Shown: piece by piece, positions 31,511 to 32,181 of the stretch
How positions within the stretch are numbered: the stretch's first letter is position 1
Layout: each line of letters opens with the position of its first letter
Virus record (IMG/VR): IMGVR_UViG_3300005512_000195
Location: 1 to 32,181 of that record
Length of the DNA stretch: 32,181 nucleotides
Direction: 5' to 3' (one strand)
Source of the DNA: a virus
The notes under the pieces: model-generated
The model's input: only the letters and a program-made list of their open reading frames with translations
What the model was told of the DNA's origin: nothing
Databases searched by the model: none
Position numbers and translations under genes: made by a program

Positions 31511-32181
31511 ATGAATCACATGACAAAGACAGGACTAGAAAGACTAACTGCAGATCATTGGGAAGACTATGCTTTCCCAATAGAAACTGTACCAATCAAA
31601 GCTAACGTAGATGATGATCCATCAGGTGACATACCAATACCTGATCGTGTTGCACTGATACGATCTGATACCAATGAGTATCTAGCAACACACTCATTGC
31701 AGTACAGACCAGTACTACATAATGATGTAGTAAATCCTGTAATGAATATCCTTGATCGTATATCTATGGATTATCATGTTGATGTAAGGCTGCATGACAA
31801 TGGTGCATTGATGGTAGCTAAGTTTACTTGCAGAGATATCTTGATAGAAGATCCGTCACTCAATGATTACATTGCTTATCAGATAACATTACGTAACTCA
31901 TACAATGGCATGTGGTCAGTGATGATCAATGCGTATGGCTTGCGTATGTTCTGCATGAATGAATGTACTACACCTGATAAGATTGCTAACTTCAAACTCA
32001 AACACAATGGTATCTTCAACTATAACTTTGAACATCTGGAACATTCACTTGATGTGTTTCGTAATAGTGAAGCCAAGTACAAAGCATGGCATAAGCAAAG
32101 TGTAGCAGATACTGTAGCAACTATGTTGTTTGAAAAGATATGTTACTCAGCAAGACCAACAATAGATGGTAAGCACTACAA
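31511..32181 (+). CDS. DUF932-like protein, N-terminal part (runs off the window end; continues at 124-346)
   Basis: GGAGG at 31501-31505 precedes ATG 31511. The core ITLRNSYNGMWSVMINAYGLRMFCMNE resembles the DUF932 signature (l.NShDGs.a..v..G..R.vC.N) as I recall it. Confidence 0.65.
   Translation, partial: MNHMTKTGLERLTADHWEDYAFPIETVPIKANVDDDPSGDIPIPDRVALIRSDTNEYLATHSLQYRPVLHNDVVNPVMNILDRISMDYHVDVRLHDNGALMVAKFTCRDILIEDPSLNDYIAYQITLRNSYNGMWSVMINAYGLRMFCMNECTTPDKIANFKLKHNGIFNYNFEHLEHSLDVFRNSEAKYKAWHKQSVADTVATMLFEKICYSARPTIDGKHY
32059..32181 (+). repeat. Terminal overlap copy 2 (identical to 1-123)
   Basis: See the entry for copy 1; the match is 123/123. Confidence 0.97.

Larger units (their letters stand above)
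1..32181. mobile_element. Complete genome of a small tailed phage (podovirus-type, T7-like structural gene order); unique length 32,058 bp
   Basis: The contig ends overlap exactly by 123 nt. A full set of packaging, head, tail, ejection, lysis and recombination genes is present in two opposed arms. Genes are tightly packed with ATGA/TAATG overlaps. Confidence 0.85.

Overview
The window is a complete, circularly closed genome of a small AT-rich tailed phage. Bases 1-123 are identical to 32059-32181, so the unique length is 32,058 bp, and the junction falls inside a gene. This points to an assembly overlap or circular permutation rather than a true terminal repeat.

There are two arms. An early arm on the + strand runs 30725 -> junction -> 5304. 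It holds many tiny, translationally coupled genes, a DUF932-like protein, an Xre-type HTH, an Hjc-like resolvase, a YqaJ-like exonuclease, an ERF annealase, an SSB with a DDDxEIPF tail and a winged-helix protein. A late arm on the - strand runs 30299 -> 5367. It encodes TerS, four tiny very basic proteins, TerL, a T7 gp8-like portal, scaffold, capsid, gp11/gp12-like tail tube proteins and three internal virion proteins (168, 897 and 1637 aa). A multi-gene tail-fibre region follows, then a membrane-protein/lysis cassette ending in a T4-type lysozyme.

The arms diverge at a 425-nt structured control region (30300-30724) and converge at a hairpin (about 5314-5346). I saw no RNA polymerase, DNA polymerase, primase, helicase, integrase, tRNA, CRISPR array or transposase. 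The structural gene order is T7-like. The overall layout reminds me of small marine or alphaproteobacterial podoviruses without an RNAP, but that is only an impression.

Most worth follow-up:
- the cluster of tiny basic proteins, one with an AT-hook, between terS and terL
- a zincin HExxH module inside the 1637-aa ejection protein
- an unusual six-gene membrane/Cys-rich cassette upstream of the endolysin
- several large RNA/DNA structures in the few non-coding gaps

All family assignments are motif recognition by eye. No searches were run.
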